DNA of 64,000 nt, from contig VJWM01000011.1 in assembly GCA_010909165.1 (NCBI GenBank), forward strand, positions 186,001 through 250,000. Reading direction: 5' to 3'. Of the stretch, positions 13,081-27,700 are shown one piece after another. The translations under genes were made by a program, and so were the position numbers. Origin of the DNA: Anthoceros angustus (lineage: Eukaryota; Plantae; Anthocerotophyta). The notes under the pieces are model-generated. The model did no database searches and was not told the DNA's origin. It saw only the letters and a list, made by a program, of their open reading frames with translations. Positions within the stretch are counted from its first letter, which is position 1, and each line of letters begins with the position of its first letter.

Positions 13081-14617
13081 TGTGGTAGGTTAGCCTGGTC
13101 ACCGAGCTCGCCTCGGTGGCCACACTTATCCCACGGCCGTTGAACACGAGGTTCGATCCCAAGAGATTTGGTTGGATTGTTTTCACAGTTCTCTCACTCT
13201 CTCGTTCTCATCCTCCGCCCGCCTACTTGTCCCTCGGGCATGACTGTTGTGCGCTTTTGGGTTATCCGCCCACCACCGCCTCCACGCCTGTGATTCCTTA
13301 CTTCTCAACACGCTCTATGCCAACTACAACGATCAATTTACTCTACAACGACACACCCATAACCAACCCTTCACCCTCTCAACAAAACATAACTCACGGA
13401 CAATCCCATTCAAGCTCACTTCATTCGATCCCCAAATCTAACTCTACTCAGAACGTCCGCTGGGCTTGCACGCCTCCCTTGCGCACAACCGCCTGGGTGG
13501 CGATTAGCTGGTATTTCTCTGGCCGATTGTTGTGCACGAACACCGCGCGAGCGTAGTCGAGCGCTCCACCGCAGTGGCCAACCCACAAAGAACACAAAGC
13601 ACATCCAGCAACAATCTTTCACGAGAGAGGGCCTCCGAGCGAACCCGCCGCGAGGGCCTCCGACCGAACCTCACCCCTTCGCCTCGCCGCCATGACGACG
13701 GCGCAAGACACACAAAGGAATGCGCCGAGAGGCGAAGAATGCATGGCAAAGCAAGGTCTCGGTGTTTATTCATTCTCCCACCCTCCCTTTTATAGGTGGG
13801 GAGTCGACTAGTCACTCGTGCGATTTAATGCTAGGCGACTTGCCAAGTCCAACAATAGGACTCTTGTCGCCCCCTTACAGTTGTCCTCTCGGCTCGATCC
13901 ACTCACCTTGACCGGAATATCCTATCCGTCCGCATACGCCACTCTTAAATACTCACACTTCCCAAGGTGCGCACCACTTGGGACAAAACGCCCCACCTAA
14001 AAGGTCCCACCGACGCCTCCCTCGTTCCACGCTTTTTGTTCGCCCTTGCAGCTTCAATGTCTTCCCCCTCAACGGGTCGCTTAGCCTTATCCACCTCCAG
14101 TCTTCACGGGACTCGCTGTAGCACCGCCTTCCTTCTTGACGCAACTCCACTTACTCCCCTCGGTGCCGCTGCGGTTCGCTGGCGCCCGTTCAAACCACAG
14201 CTAACTGTGATTTGCAGTACATGCAAATCGCTTTAATTGCGCTCCTCCGGATGGTCGCCATGTGTCCGGTCCAAAAACTCCTGCAGCTACTTTCTATTTA
14301 CAACTTAACTAGCCCTATTTGGCATATATAGCCATGCAGAACCTGAATACTTCGAAGGTCAAGGAACTTCTTACTCCCGAATATTCTTACTTCCCATGGT
14401 CCAAGGAACTTTATGGAACCTATCATGCCTATAGATGCTCCTATCTACTCCTACTTCCTACCGGATCAAAACGCCGACTCAGTTAAGGCCCGAACTTCCC
14501 TCGGACGTCCCACCAGCTTCCTACCTGTTTCTATCGACCTACCTACTACCTACCGCCTCGAACAACCATCCATCCCACGTCTCCCCGCCTTGGGTGACCA
14601 AAAGTCTTCGTTCCACA
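13081..14617 (-). repeat. 3' LTR (1537 bp)
   Basis: Begins tgtggtagg and ends gttccaca on +. It matches 24513-24797 joined to 32081-33329. Confidence 0.92.
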
Positions 14618-14632
14618 TGCTCCTCTCCCCAT
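14618..14632 (-). promoter_or_regulatory. Polypurine tract
   Basis: The minus strand reads (at)ggggagaggagca immediately before TGTGGAAC of the 3' LTR. Confidence 0.8.
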
Positions 14633-15960
14633 TTGTTTGCGTCCCAAACATCCTCGTGAAGTACTTCTTGATCTTCCACCCATTCACTCTGGTAGGAAGT
14701 AGCTCCCCCAGTAGACTTTCTAACTGCACTGACCCATTTTCATAGACTGCTACAACCCGCATAGGCCCCATCCATCTCAAACGTAACTTCCTAGGAAAAT
14801 CTAAATACCTACTATCGTAAAGGAGCACCAAGTCTCCCGCTATCACAGGGTCTTGACGTCGAAGTCTCCCATCGTGCCTCTCCTTCCTCTGTTCCTGTAC
14901 TCGCTGTGTCTCCTCTAAGGCGTCGTCCCTAGTTTCTTCATGCTTCGCAAATTCTTCCAATCTCGCTTGTTCACTATCTCCCACCGTCATTCGCTCATCT
15001 TCCATAATTCTATACGTTGGTACCTCAAACTCGAATGGCATTACAGGTGACATACCGTATGTCAGGTAGTAGGGTGTCTTCTTTGTGGTCACCTTCTCCG
15101 CAGTCCTGAAAGCCCATAGCACGGAATGTAGCTTGGTATCGATCATACATATGGGAGGCCGTCACTTTGTCAAAATGTTGCATAGTAACCCATTTGTCTT
15201 CTCCGTGAGTCCGTTGGCTTTGGTTGTAAGGCGTAGTCTTCACATGTCGAATGTTGAAATAGGCGATCCAGACTCGATTATCTTGAGGAAATGCGTCCCT
15301 CGATCGCTAACAAGTTCCAGTGGGCATCCATACCTTGTGATAATCCGTTCAAACAAAAACTTGGCGACGGTGGGCGCATCATCCTTCCTTGTCGCTTCTG
15401 CCTCTACCATCTTTGTGCAGTAATCTGTCGCAACCAAAATGTACTGTCGCCTGGTCCGACTGGTTGGTGGTCGAATAGGTCCCACAAAATCAATTCCCCA
15501 TTTCTCGAAAGGTGCCAGTGGCAGGATGTACGTTAGGGGCCACTGGGTCGTCGGCGTGGGCCTACCCGTTCGCTGACAAGCATCACAACTCCTGATGAAT
15601 AACCATACATCTCTATACATCGTAGCCCACCAAAACCCTGTGGTTAGAATCTTCTTTGTTGTGATTGTGGCGGAATAGTGTCCTCCTGCTTCCTCGGTGT
15701 GCAAGGCTTCTATCACCATGGCTTTCTCATCCCCTCAAACATCTTCGAATCACCTCATCAGCTCCCAATTTGTACAACACTCCTTTGCTGATGCAATATG
15801 GTGCTGCCTTGTGTATGAACACAGCAACTCCTTCCTATGATAAATACACCGGCAACTCCCCATGTTCTAAATACCTCCGACGTGCGTAAGTGTCGGACAC
15901 GCACGCCCTCCCTCGCTTCTACGGGGTTTACGTCGCGGGTTGCGTAGTCCTTGGTCTGTG
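14620..15960 (-). pseudogene. Gypsy integrase (frameshifted)
   Basis: ALHTEEAGGHYSATITTKKILTTGFWWATMYRDV..RSCDACQRTG (HHCC zinc finger); PFEKWGIDFVGPI..YILVATDYCTKMVEAEA; LELVSDRGTHF; LHSVLWAFRTAEK..TPYYLTYG; KLRLRWMGPMRV..VNGWKIKKY (GPY/F). Confidence 0.93.
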
Positions 15961-18900
15961 GCGTCCCCTCCTGTTCTCAGTTTGCTCGCGATATCCGGAG
16001 GAGTCCCGCTCCGTTGTTTCTCGATCCGTCCTTCTGCGGTGCCTCCTGCCGTCTTTCGATCATGCTTTCTACGGCTACTAACTCCTCATCTGGGAACTTA
16101 TCGTTCAGACTGGTGACGCTTCCCTTCATTCGTAGTCGGGAAATGAAGTCAGCGTTCACATGTTGCTTCCCAGCCCGTGTTTCCACCTCATAATCGAACT
16201 CCTGCAGCAACAGTATCCATCGCGCGATTCGGCCAGATAGATCGGGTTTGTTTACCAAGTACTTCAATGCGAAATGGTCCACATGGAACACAACTTTGCA
16301 AGCCAGCAGATAATGTCGAAATTTCTTGCAGGAATAGATGATGCCAAGAGCTTCTCTTTCGGTCGTGGAGTAGTTCCGTTCTGCATCCGAAAGTTGGCGT
16401 CTGCATAGAAGATCGGCCTATCACGCTTCTTCCCATCACGTTGACTCAGGATGGCCCCTATGGCATAAGCTGATACATCCACAAAGACATGAAAAGGTTC
16501 TTCCCAGTTGGGAGGCTGCAACACCGGTGCCCCGCCAAGCTCTTTTTCAAACTTACGAACGCCTCCTGCCGTTCGGCCGTCCAGTCAAAAGGAACATCTT
16601 TCTTCAGTAGTTGCGTGAGAGGTGCTGCCTTCTTTGCAAAATCAATGATGAATCTCCTGTAGTATCCCACCAAGCCGATGAAGGCTCGAACTTGCCTTAC
16701 CGTTTCAGGAGCATCCATCTCTGTGATAACTACGACCTTTTCCCTATCTACCTCCAAACCTCGCTTCGAAACACGATGTGCAGTGATTCCTTGTCATTCA
16801 AATAACATTTGCTTGGTGTAACTTCAAATTGGTTTCTCTACATACGTAAGCGAAGATGTCCCAAGTGCACTCTCTTCCCCAAACACACAAAAGTCATCCG
16901 AAATACTTCCATGAATTTCCTCGGTACTCTCGGAAAATGGTATTCACTACTCTACGAAAGGTGGCGGGGCATTGCAAAGACCAAAGGGTAATTTGGCATA
17001 TGCAAAGCGTCCCCAATCGGTAAAGCGTTGTTTTGTCACGATCTTCCTTTCTCGAGTGATCGATTATATCACGAATACCCGTCTAAGCTGTACATCTCAT
17101 GCCTGCGACCGTGTCCAATACACTATCCATAAGCGGCAAGGGTGATGGTCTTTCTTAGTTGCCTCATTCAACTTCACGAAATCACAAACCCGAACTTTCC
17201 CTGTTGCTTCTTAGGCACAATCACAATCGGTGCCACCCATTCGCTTGTGAGTGGGGATAGATTACTCCGCCTCCGAATCGATCCAATTGCTCCTTCACCA
17301 CTAGAGAATACTTTGGATTGAGTCGATACTGCTTGATCCTCACCGGAGTCGCTCCTTCCTTCAAGTCGATTCGGTGCACTCCCAACTCCTCTGGTATACC
17401 GGTCATTTCGGTTACCTTGAACGCGAAACAATCTATGTATTCTAACAACAGCTGCTGGAGTTGTTCCTTCTCTTTGTCCGCAGATGCCTGCATATCATAA
17501 CCTTCTTCCCAGGGGTCAGCTCCAATTCCTCCAAGGCTCCTGGATCCACTGGTCCGTCCGGACAACTTCCTACAGTGACGCCCGTTCCTTCATCCGGAAA
17601 ATCTTCATTGTCGGCTTTCCTTATCCAGGGATGCGTTTCCCCGTCCCTTTCTCCATTGTACTCCGATTCTTCCTCTATCTCGACCTGGAAGCCGTCAGCA
17701 AGCTTGACAGGACAATACGTTTGATCATCGATCGAAGAGCTTTCCTCTCCCTCTGTTTCCTCCCCAACTTCGGAGGTATACTCCTCGGTGAGGGATTCCG
17801 TTTCCCCTTCATAGGTTTCCTTGCTCCAGCGCACCGAGGCATGAGCCAACGGCATGCCCTTGAGTGATCTGAAACTAATTTCCTTCTTCCCCCAATCAAG
17901 CTGGCTCTTGCTGCCGTATAGCCATGGCCTCCCTATCAACACTTGATACCCTAGGTCGGACGCTGGTCGCATGACCACATAAGTCAAAGGGAAAACAATG
18001 CCTCCAATGTTAGTGGGTACCCGCGGTACCAGCCGCCGCCGCTCGATCCGTCCTTCTGCGGTGCCTCCTGCCGTCTTTCGATCATGCTTTCGCCACGGCT
18101 ACTAACTCCTCATCGGGAACTTATCGTTCGGTGGTGACTCTTCCCTTCATTCGTAGTCGAAATGAAGTCGGCGTTCACATGTTGCTTCCAGCCGTGTTTC
18201 CACCTCATAATCGAACTCCACCAGCAGTATCCATCGCGATTCGTCCGGATAGATCGGGTTTGTTTACCAAGTACTTCAATGCGAAATGGTCACATGGAAC
18301 ACAACTTTGCAAGCCCGGTGATAATTTGTCGAAATTTCTTGCGAGAATAGATGATGCCGAGCTTCTCTTTCGATCGTGGAGTAGTTCCGTTACGCATCCG
18401 AAAGTTGGCGTCTGCATAGAAGATCGGCCTATCATGCTTCTTCCATCACGTTGACTCGGGATGGCCCCTATGGCATAGGTGATACATCCACAAAGACATG
18501 AAAAGGTTCTTCCCGGTTGGGGTTGCAACACGGTGCCCCGCCAAGCTCTTTCAAACTTAGGCGCTTCACGCTCGGCGTCGATCAAAGGAACATCTTTCTT
18601 GATGGTTGCGTGAGAGGTCTGCCTTCTTTGCAAAATCAATGATGAATCTCGTAGTATCCCACCAAGCCGATGAAGGCTCGAACTTGCCTTACCGTTTGAG
18701 CATCCATCTACTGTGATAACTCGACCTTTTCCTATCCACCTCAAACCTCGCTTGAAACACGATGTGCAGTGATTCCCTCATTCGAAATAACATTTGCTTG
18801 GTGTAACTTCAAATTGGTTTCTCTACATACGTAAGCGAAGATGTCCCAAGTCGGCTCTCTTCCCCAAACACACAAAAGTCATCCGAAATACTTCCATGAA

Positions 18901-20170
18901 TTTCCTCGGTACTCTCGGAAAATGGTATTCACTACTCTGAAGGTGGCGGGGCATTGCAAAGACCAAAGGGTAATTTGGCATATGCAAAGCGTCCCCAATC
19001 GATGGTAAACGTTGTTTTGTCTGATCTTCCTTTCTCGAGTGATCGATTATATCCACGAATACCCGTCTAAGCTGTACATCTCATGCCTGCGACCGTGTCC
19101 AATACACTATCCATAAGCGGCAAGGGTGATGGTCTTTCTTAGTTGCCTCATTCAACTTCACGAAATCACAAACCCGAACTTTCCCTGTTGCTTCTTAGGC
19201 ACAATCACAATCGGTGCCACCCATTCGCTTGTAGTCAGGGTAGATTACTCCGCCTCCGGATCTTGATCCAATTGCTCCTTCACCACTAGAGAATACTTTG
19301 GATTGAGTCGTCTTGATCCTCACGAGTCGCTCCTTCCTTCAAGTCGATTCGGTGCACTCCCAACTCCTCTGGTATCGGTCATTTGGTTACCTTGAGCAGC
19401 GAAACAATCTATGTATTCTAACAACCTGGAGTTGTTTCTTCTTTGTATTGGATACGCATATCATGACCTTCTTCCAGGGGCTCCATTTCCTCTAAGGCTC
19501 ACGGATCCTTGGTCCGTCCGGACAACTTCCTCTGATGGCCGTTCCTTCATCCGGAAAATCTTCATTGTCGGCTTTCCTTATCCAAGGATCGTTTCCGTCC
19601 CTTCTCCATTGTACTCGATTCTTCCTCTATCTCGACACAGGCGTCGGCAAGCAGCGGGACAATACGTTTGATCATCGATCGAAGAATTTCCTCTCCTCTG
19701 TCTCCTCCCCAACCTCGGTATACTCCTCGGTGAGGATTAGTTTCCCTTCATAGGTTTCCTTGCTCCGACACGAGGCATGAGCCAGCGGCATGCCCTTGAG
19801 CGATCTGAAACTAATTTCCTTCTTCCCCAATCAAGGGCTCTTGCTGCCGTATAGCCATGGCCTCCCTATCAACACTTGATACCCTAGGTCGGACGCTGGT
19901 CGCATGACCACATAAGTCAAAGGGAAAACAATGCCCCCAATGTTAGTGGGTACCCGCGGTACCAGCCGCCGCCGCTCGATCCGCCATTCGAAGGATGGTG
20001 CGTGTCCGTTCGAACTTGGTGTATCCTAGTTTGCTGGCCGTTTCTTCCATCATCGATTAACCGAACCGAGTCGATGGTACCGCCTTATCAAGCATCCGTT
20101 CACTTGACCGATATTTCACGGCACCCAAATCCATGAGTTCCACAACTCGTACATCCGTGATTCGTTTACG
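15961..20170 (-). pseudogene. Gypsy protease-RT-RNase H, with a roughly 2-kb segment present twice
   Basis: Protease IDS(G)S..EETASKLG near 20050; RT ..QYRLNPKY..EWVAPIVIVPKK, MPFGLCNAP-like and FMEVF(L)DDF-like; RNase H FHVFVDVSAYAIGAILSQ, DHFALKYLVNKPDLSGRIARWILLLQEFDYEV. Copies lie at 16020-18041 and 18042-19983. Confidence 0.92.
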
Positions 20171-22453
20171 GTTTTACGTGAGTCCCTTTCATCGCTTCAA
20201 TCATACGTCGATACTTGGGGTTGTCGGACAAGAGTTGTCGAAATGTCACAAGGAATTCTTGATCCAACAGAGATTCTGCAAAGCTGGTGACCTTCTCAAT
20301 GAGAGGGTCTTCTCCTCCAACGCAGTTACTCCTTCTTGCACTGGTAACGTTCCATCTTTCGTCATCACTCCCCTGGACCCATGGTTTCTGGGGGTCCATG
20401 TTTCTTTGCCTGCTGAGTGAGTTTCCGTAATTCGGCATCGAGCATGCCTGCCACCTCTTGGCTGATGTCAGGTGCAAATTCGAAGCCTTGGACCGCCCTC
20501 CCTCGGCCGGGCTCACCGGGCCGCTTTCATCTACTTCCTCTGGCATTCTTCTTTTCTTTCGGTCGGATTCCGCCCATCTCCGCCGAACTTCCAATTTCCG
20601 AGCATCCTTCTTGACGTCGGAGTGTCGTCCCTCCTTCCGTCTTGACCGAGTGGCGACGCGTGCGACCAACTCGTCTTCTCCGGATATACCCGAGTCCACT
20701 TCCTGCACTTTCAACTGTTCGCCTTCTTGCTCCTCTCCCCAACGTTCGCCGTCTTCTACTTCCACTTGTAATACCGAGGGGTGGGCAGAGAGGCTGGTTT
20801 TGGTGGAATCTCTGTCACCACCGGGTTAGCGAATGCACTCCCGGGCGAGAATGGTCTTGGGCCCCGTACATCTTGCATCTCCCGCTATATGTCCCGGCGC
20901 CTTGCAGACTGAGAAGGGGGTGTACCCAATCTGTCGCCTTGGTTCTGGACATGCATTCGCATAATGATCAGGCGCCCCACAGTTGTAGCAATGGCCGGTA
21001 CATTCTGGGGTCGTTGAGAGGATTCTGGTTTCCATTGATTCGCAGTTGCTTGCCTTGGACCATACCTCATCCCACTGGGTGATGCCGGTTGATAGGTGGC
21101 TCTCATGGATTGAGGCGGTCGAGCTCCTGTCATGGCCTGCATCTGATACACCTCCTCTCCTGAATAGTATGGGTCTAGATCGTACTCCACGATTGACCCA
21201 TCGTGTCTTGAGGCGGCATTCGTGATGCGTATGGCTGGTGATGACAATTGCTACAAAAGACTTCTGTAGGGAAGGAGATCGTCGGTCGATTCTTGACTAA
21301 TTTGATCTCGATGTCTGCCAGCCGTTTTATCACATCTTCCAAATTCGGCGTACTGGCGGGACTTCCTTCCATTCGTCTCCCTTTTCCCTTCTCTGCAACC
21401 TTCGTGGCGTTTCTCTTGTCTCTCTCCTTCTTCTTCAGCAAATGTTCCAAGTCTTTCCTCACTCGCTTACGATGGGCTTCTTCCGACTCGCTATCATCCG
21501 TCCCAGGCGTTGAATTCTCTTCAGATGATGATGATTCCGACTGAGTGTCTTCGGACGTCGATTCTTCTGACGAACTTGAAGACTGATGTCTCTTCCCTTT
21601 CTTCCTCTTGCCACTCGTTTTCTTCCGTCTTCTCCTCCCGGGCGGCCTCCCATGCTGCCTCGAATGCCTTCCTCCAAGGTATCATTGCCCTGCGGTGAAT
21701 CTCCATCTTTCGTGGTAGTCCACAGACGAACCAATCCAACGCTTGTTCTTCCGAATACGCTTGTGATTCTCCTCCCGTGTTGTCCACTCTCGGAGGTATC
21801 TTCTCCAGAAAACTGTAAAACCGTTCCACATAATCGAGCAAGGATTCTTTCTTCTTTCGCTTCAGAGTGCGAAGTTTTGTTAGTACATGGGTAGTGTGGC
21901 TCAAACCACGGAAACGAATAAGGAAATCAGCTCGCAACACTGGCCAACTGGTGGGTGGGGTAGAGAACTTCCTGGCATACCATTGTTGGGCAGGTCCTCG
22001 CAATAGTCCTGGAAAAATTCGTACCCGATCTGTCGAGGAATCCTCGATGTTAGCCCTCGAGATGGATTCGAAAAGTTTTACAAAACTTTCGGCATCGATG
22101 TCGTCCTCCTTCTTGGATCCAAATTTGGGATATGGCTGTCTTGTGTGGGGGTGCTGAGAGTTTGCTCCTCCGGTACTGGCTCCTCCCGCCCCGCTCATGG
22201 CTATGGGCAAAGGTGTCAGCACTGTTGAGAACCGAGTCGTCACCTGCCGGAGTAAATGAGAAACTCGGGCAGCTCTTGCTCGTGGATTGTGGACTTGGTT
22301 ATGTCTTCGCTCTGCTCCCACAATTCTCGCTTCCTCTCTCGCAGCGCCTCGTGCACCTTCTGTTTGCGCAACTTCCGCTTGTCGAGCCAAATGATCGAGA
22401 TACTGTCGATTGTAAGTGTCCCAATCCCTTGCTCCTCGTTGATCGGCAATCAA
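20170..22453 (-). pseudogene. Gypsy gag with CCHC zinc knuckles
   Basis: YPKFGSKKEDDIDAESFVKLFE..LRGPAQQWY..LRADFLIRF..KESLLDYVERF (retrotransposon gag); CYNCGAPDHYANAC and a second knuckle near 20900. Confidence 0.9.
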
Positions 22454-24455
22454 CGCCGCCCGTATGGCTGCCTCCCGAGCCCTCTCGGTAACAAATTCAG
22501 CGCTGCTGACTCTCCGGGTGATCTCACAACAAGGCCTCGCTCGAGTCCGAAAAATCTTCTAAGGTGTCGATTGTCGAAGAGGATGTGGGTGCGTTCGGAC
22601 GGGTGGTAGCGGGACCACCCTACTTCCTCTCGAGTCTTTCACACCGCTCGGGTGATACTAACTCCACGGTCGTGATCTCTCGAAGGGTTCGCAAAGGAAT
22701 GAGCACGGCCTCACATCGGTTCCGCCTGCCTTCTTGATGCTCCAAAGTACCACTGGCTCCCGTCCGTGGAGTAGGCGCTGTCGGACCTTCTCTGCAAAAC
22801 AATCAAGACGTCCTCCACTCTAGGCTGATGGCTACGGCTAACCTTTCCGGACGCCTCTATCCGCCGTCGATACTCATCCCTTCCGCTGCCCTTTCTCCAC
22901 GAGTTGAAAGGGGGATGACGACTCGCAATGCCCGTTTACTCCCTTTATCCGCTCATGGCTATGGGCAAAGTGTCTTGTCGAATCAGTCGTCACCGGAGTA
23001 AATGAAACTCGGGCAGCTCTTGCTCGTGGGTTGTGGACTTGGTTGATGTCTTGGCTCGCTCCCACAATTCTTGCTTCTTCTCGCTGCCTCGTGCACCTAC
23101 ATTTGCGCAACTTCGAGCCAAATGATCGAGATATTGTCGATTGTAAGTGTCCCAATCCTTGCTCCTCGTTGATCGGCAATCAACGCCCGCTGTATGGCTG
23201 CCTCCCGAGCCCTCTCGGTAACAAATTCAGCGCTGCTGACTCTCCGGGTGATCTCACAACAAGGCCTCGCTCGAGTCCGAAAAATCTTCTAAGGTGTCGA
23301 TTGTCGAAGAGGATGTGGGTGCGTTCGGACGGGTGGTAGCGGGACCACCCTACTTCCTCTCGAGTCTTTCACACCGCTCGGGTGATACTAACTCCACGGT
23401 CGTGATCTCTCGAAGGGTTCGCAAAGGAATGAGCACGGCCTCACATCGGTTCCGCCTGCCTTCTTGATGCTCCAAAGTACCACTGGCTCCCGTCCGTGGA
23501 GTAGGCGCTGTCGGACCTTCTCTGCAAAACAATCAAGACGTCCTCCACTCTAGGCTGATGGCTACGGCTAACCTTTCCGGACGCCTCTATCCGCCGTCGA
23601 TACTCATCCCTTCCGCTGCCCTTTCTCCACGAGTTGAAAGGGGGATGACGACTCGCAATGCCCGTTTACTCCCTTTATCCGCTCATGGCTATGGGCAAAG
23701 TGTCTTGTCGAATCAGTCGTCACCGGAGTAAAATGAGAAACTCGGGCAGCTCTTGCTCGTGGGTTGTGGACTTGGTTGATGTCTTGGCTCGCTCCCACAA
23801 TTCTTGCTTCTTCTCGCTGCCTCGTGCACCTACATTTGCGCAACTTCGAGCCAAATGATCGAGATACTGTCGATTGTAAGTGTCCCAATCCCTTGCTCCT
23901 CGTTGATCGGATCAACGCCGCCCGTATGGCTGCCTCCCGAGCCCTCTCGGTAACAAATTCAGCGTGTCGCTCGTTGACCCCCCTCCGAAGGTGATCCCTG
24001 TCAAACAAGGCGTTCTCCTCGTCAGACTCCGAGTCCGAAAAATCTTCTAAGGTGTCAGTGTCAGAAGAGGATGTGGGTACGGTTCGGACGGGTGGTAGCG
24101 GCAGGACCACCCCTACTTCCCTCTCAGAGTCTTTCACACCGTTCGTGGGCGATACTAACTCCACGGTCGTGATCTCTCGAAGGGTACGCAAAGGAATGAG
24201 CACGGCCTCCGTTACTGGTTCCGCTCTGTCTTCTTGATGCTCCAAAGAACCACCTGGCTCCCCGTCCCGTGGAGTCGGGCGCCTGTCGGACCCTTCTCCT
24301 GCAAAACAATCAAGACGTCCTCCACTCTAGCTGCGATGGCTACGGCTAACCTTTCCGGGATTGCCTCTATCCGCCGTCGATACTCATCCCTTCTGGCTGC
24401 CCTTTCTCCACGAGTTGAAAGGGGGATGTGAGACTCATGATTTACTCCCTTTATC
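22191..24455. repeat. Triplicated segment of about 750 bp in the Gypsy leader / gag N-terminus
   Basis: ccgctcatggctatgggcaaag occurs at about 22191, 22949 and 23678. Copies 1 and 2 are letter-identical over roughly 500 bp, including deletions relative to copy 3. Confidence 0.88.
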
Positions 24456-24490
24456 TGTCATTCACTCACATTCAATCCTCAAACAGCAAA

Positions 24491-24508
24491 TCCCCGGCAA
24501 CGGCGCCA
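24491..24508 (-). promoter_or_regulatory. Primer binding site complementary to the tRNA-Asp 3' end
   Basis: The minus strand reads TGGCGCCGTTGCCGGGGA 4 nt after the LTR end ..TACCACA, the PBS type known from Athila-like elements. Confidence 0.88.
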
Positions 24509-24797
24509 AAAATGTGGTAGGTTAGCCCCGGTCACCCGGAGTTCGCCTCGGTGGCCACACTTATCCCACGGTCGTTGAATACGTAGGTTCGATCCCAAGA
24601 GATTTGGTTCGGATTGTTTGCGAGTCGCTCCTCTCACTCTCTCGTTCTCATCCTCCCGCCTACTTGTCCTCGCAGGCGCATGTGTGCGTTTTGGGGTTAT
24701 CGGCCCGCAGGCGCGCTCCACGCCTTCCAGGATTCCTTACTTCTCAACACGCTCCTATGCCAACTACAACGATCAATTTACTCTACAACGACACACC

Positions 24798-27700
24798 TGT
24801 AAACGATCTAGTCTCGGAAACCCCTGTTAAAATGTGCCCTGAAGTGAATTTTTGTTTTCTTTGAGAGTGGTGTGAAAATAAGTCGATTGACGAGTTGGGA
24901 TATTCATAGTAAAATGTCCTTGGCCTATGGAGTTCTTTTGTTTTATTGCCTAGGTTAGATAATAAATGGTCCGGAACCTGTTCCTTGGCCCATGGACCTC
25001 GATATCCACTACAAGGTCTATATATGCGGGTAGGGGTGGTTATTTGGGGTTTTGTCACCTAAGTTAGGGTCGACCCACCGGCCAGAATGAATGAGTATGG
25101 GGTTGTGGATCATGGGCACGGTCGAGAAGACAACCGGTGGTAGTGGAGGCCAAACTTAACCCTAAGGAAACCGGTAGGGTGACCAGAGCTGCTCAAACGG
25201 CGGAGCGCAACGGGCCGGAGCGGAAAGTGAGGAGTGGAGCGCAACGGGCCGGAGCGTGAGGTCGCCGAGTCAGATTCGAGAGGCGGACCGCGATCACCGG
25301 AGAGCGAGAGGCGCGATCGCGGGAGGGCCGCCCAACCCTCACCGGTGAAGTCGCAACCCCGGGTGGAAGGAAGGCGGCGCGCCGGCCATGAGGAGGTAGG
25401 AACTCGAAGCCGACCTTGCGTGAAATTCGCGCGAGGTGGCACCTGCGAGGCGCGAGACCGGGGACTATCAGGATGGCAAAGCCACGGTGAGATCGCTTGC
25501 CCAATGGCCAAACATGGACCATTGGAAAGTCCGAGCTGGGGCCCGTGAAGGAGCCGGCCTTCATGGAGAAGCGGTGGAATTACACGACCAGATCGGTGCA
25601 GAGTGCCACCTAAAGACAAGCAACCCGAGGGAATTAGAGCAAAACCTCGGATATCCACTACAAGGTCTATATATGCGGGGGGTAGGGGTGGTTATTTGGG
25701 GTTTGTCGGTCCTAAGTTAGGGTCGACCCGGTAGTAGGGAATGAGTATGGGGTTGTGGGTGGGGCATGGCGTGAAGACAACCGGTGGTAGTGCAAAAACT
25801 TAACCTAAGGAAACCGGTAGGGTGACGAGCGCGTTCAAGCGGGCCTGGGTGAGCTGGGCGGCAGTGAGGAGTGGGCGCAGCGGCTGGGCGTGAGGTCGTC
25901 GAGGCGCATTCGAGGCGGACGCGATCGGAGGCGAGAGGCGCGATCGTGGTGGAGGGCCGCCTCGAACCCTCACCGGTGAAGTCGCAACCCAGTGGAAGGA
26001 AGGCGGCGTGCGGCTTGAGGAGGTAGGAACCACAGGCGGCCTTGCCGGGTGTGGCAGTGGCACCGTCGCGACCGGGGACTCTGCGGAAGGATGGCGCCCA
26101 AAGCCACGGTGAGATCACGCTTGCCCAATGGCCAAACATGGACCATTGGAAAGTCCGAGCTGGGGCCCGTGAAGGAGCCGGCCTTCATGGAGAAGCGGTG
26201 GAATTACACGACCAGATCGGTGCAGAGTGCCACCTAAAGACAAGCAACCCGAGGGAATTAGAGCAAAACCTCGGATATCCACTACAAGGTCTATATATGC
26301 GGGGGGTAGGGGTGGTTATTTGGGGTTTGTCGGTCCTAAGTTAGGGTCGACCCGGTAGTAGGGAATGAGTATGGGGTTGTGGGTGGGGCATGGCGTGAAG
26401 ACAACCGGTGGTAGTGCAAAAACTTAACCCTAAGGAAACCGGTAGGGTGACGAGCGCGTTCAAGCGGGCCTGGGTGAGCTGGGCGGCAGTGAGGAGTGGG
26501 CGCAGCGGCTGGGCGTGAGGTCGTCGAGGCGCATTCGAGGCGGACGCGATCGGAGGCGAGAGGCGCGATCGTGGTGGAGGGCCGCCTCGAACCCTCACCG
26601 GTGAAGTCGCAACCCAGTGGAAGGAAGGCGGCGTGCGGCTTGAGGAGGTAGGAACCACAGGCGGCCTTGCCGGGTGTGGCAGTGGCACCGTCGCGACCGG
26701 GGACTCTGCGGAAGGATGGCGCCCAAAGCCACGGTGAGATCACGCTTGCCCAATGGCCAAACATGGACCATTGGAAAGTCCGTGGGGCACAGTGAAGGAG
26801 CTCGGTGGGGTTCATGGAAGCGGTGGAATTACGATTCGGGGATGGTGCGAGTCGCTCGCCACCTAAAGACAAGCAACAGGCGAGGGAATTAGAGCAAAAC
26901 CTCGGGATTGGGACTGGCATTGGTTAGGGAAGTGTATGGGCAGAAGGAGGAGGCGGAGGTTTGGTGATGGAACCTTCTAAAAGGAGCACAAGAAGGCCGC
27001 CCGTGAAGGCGGGCGTAATCCGGGAACCCAATGGTTGGCTGACGCGAGAATTGGCAACAGCACAGTTAATGGGTCTGGCCAGATGGCTTCTCTGCTTCCT
27101 ACAGCACAAGAAGCAGGATTATTTGTCTGACCACTTGCTGTTGTTCCTCCATGAAGTTGTCAAGGGGGCGAAAATCGACTGGGGACGAATCCTCTTTGAG
27201 AAGTTGAGTGAAGAAAGGTTGAACCTGATTTCTCCTACCCCCCGGCCCTCTCTAATTTCACCATTCCTAGTTCATCTTTATGCGCATGCTAATTGCCGCC
27301 AGGTAGAAATTGTGGCCTCCTTCATATGTGGAAGCCCGCCGTGGAGGTAAAGTGGAAAGGAGGAGCCCAAGGAGGAGGCGGGAGGTTTGGTGATGGAACC
27401 TTCTAAAAGGAGCACAAAGAAGAAGGCAGCCGCCCGTGAAGGCGGGCGAATCCGAACCCAATGGTTGGTCGACGCGAGAATTGGCAAGACAAGCTTAATG
27501 GGTCCGCCAGATGGCTTCTCCGCTTCCTACAAAGACAAGAAGTGGATTATTTGTCCGACCACTCCGTTGTTCCTCCATGAAGTTGTCAAGGGGCGAAAAT
27601 CGATCGGGACGAATCCTCTTGAGAAGTTGAGTGAAGAAAGGTTGAATCGATTTCTCCTACCCCGGCCCTCTAATTTCACCATTCCTAGTTCATCTTTATG

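Noticed and set aside
14550-22453. Programmed ribosomal frameshifts in gag-pol
   Set aside because: The shifts are numerous and scattered, and they differ between duplicate copies, consistent with decay or sequencing error.
24491-24508. tRNA-Asp-like sequence as a tRNA gene
   Set aside because: Only the 18-nt 3' end is present, adjacent to the LTR, so it is the PBS.
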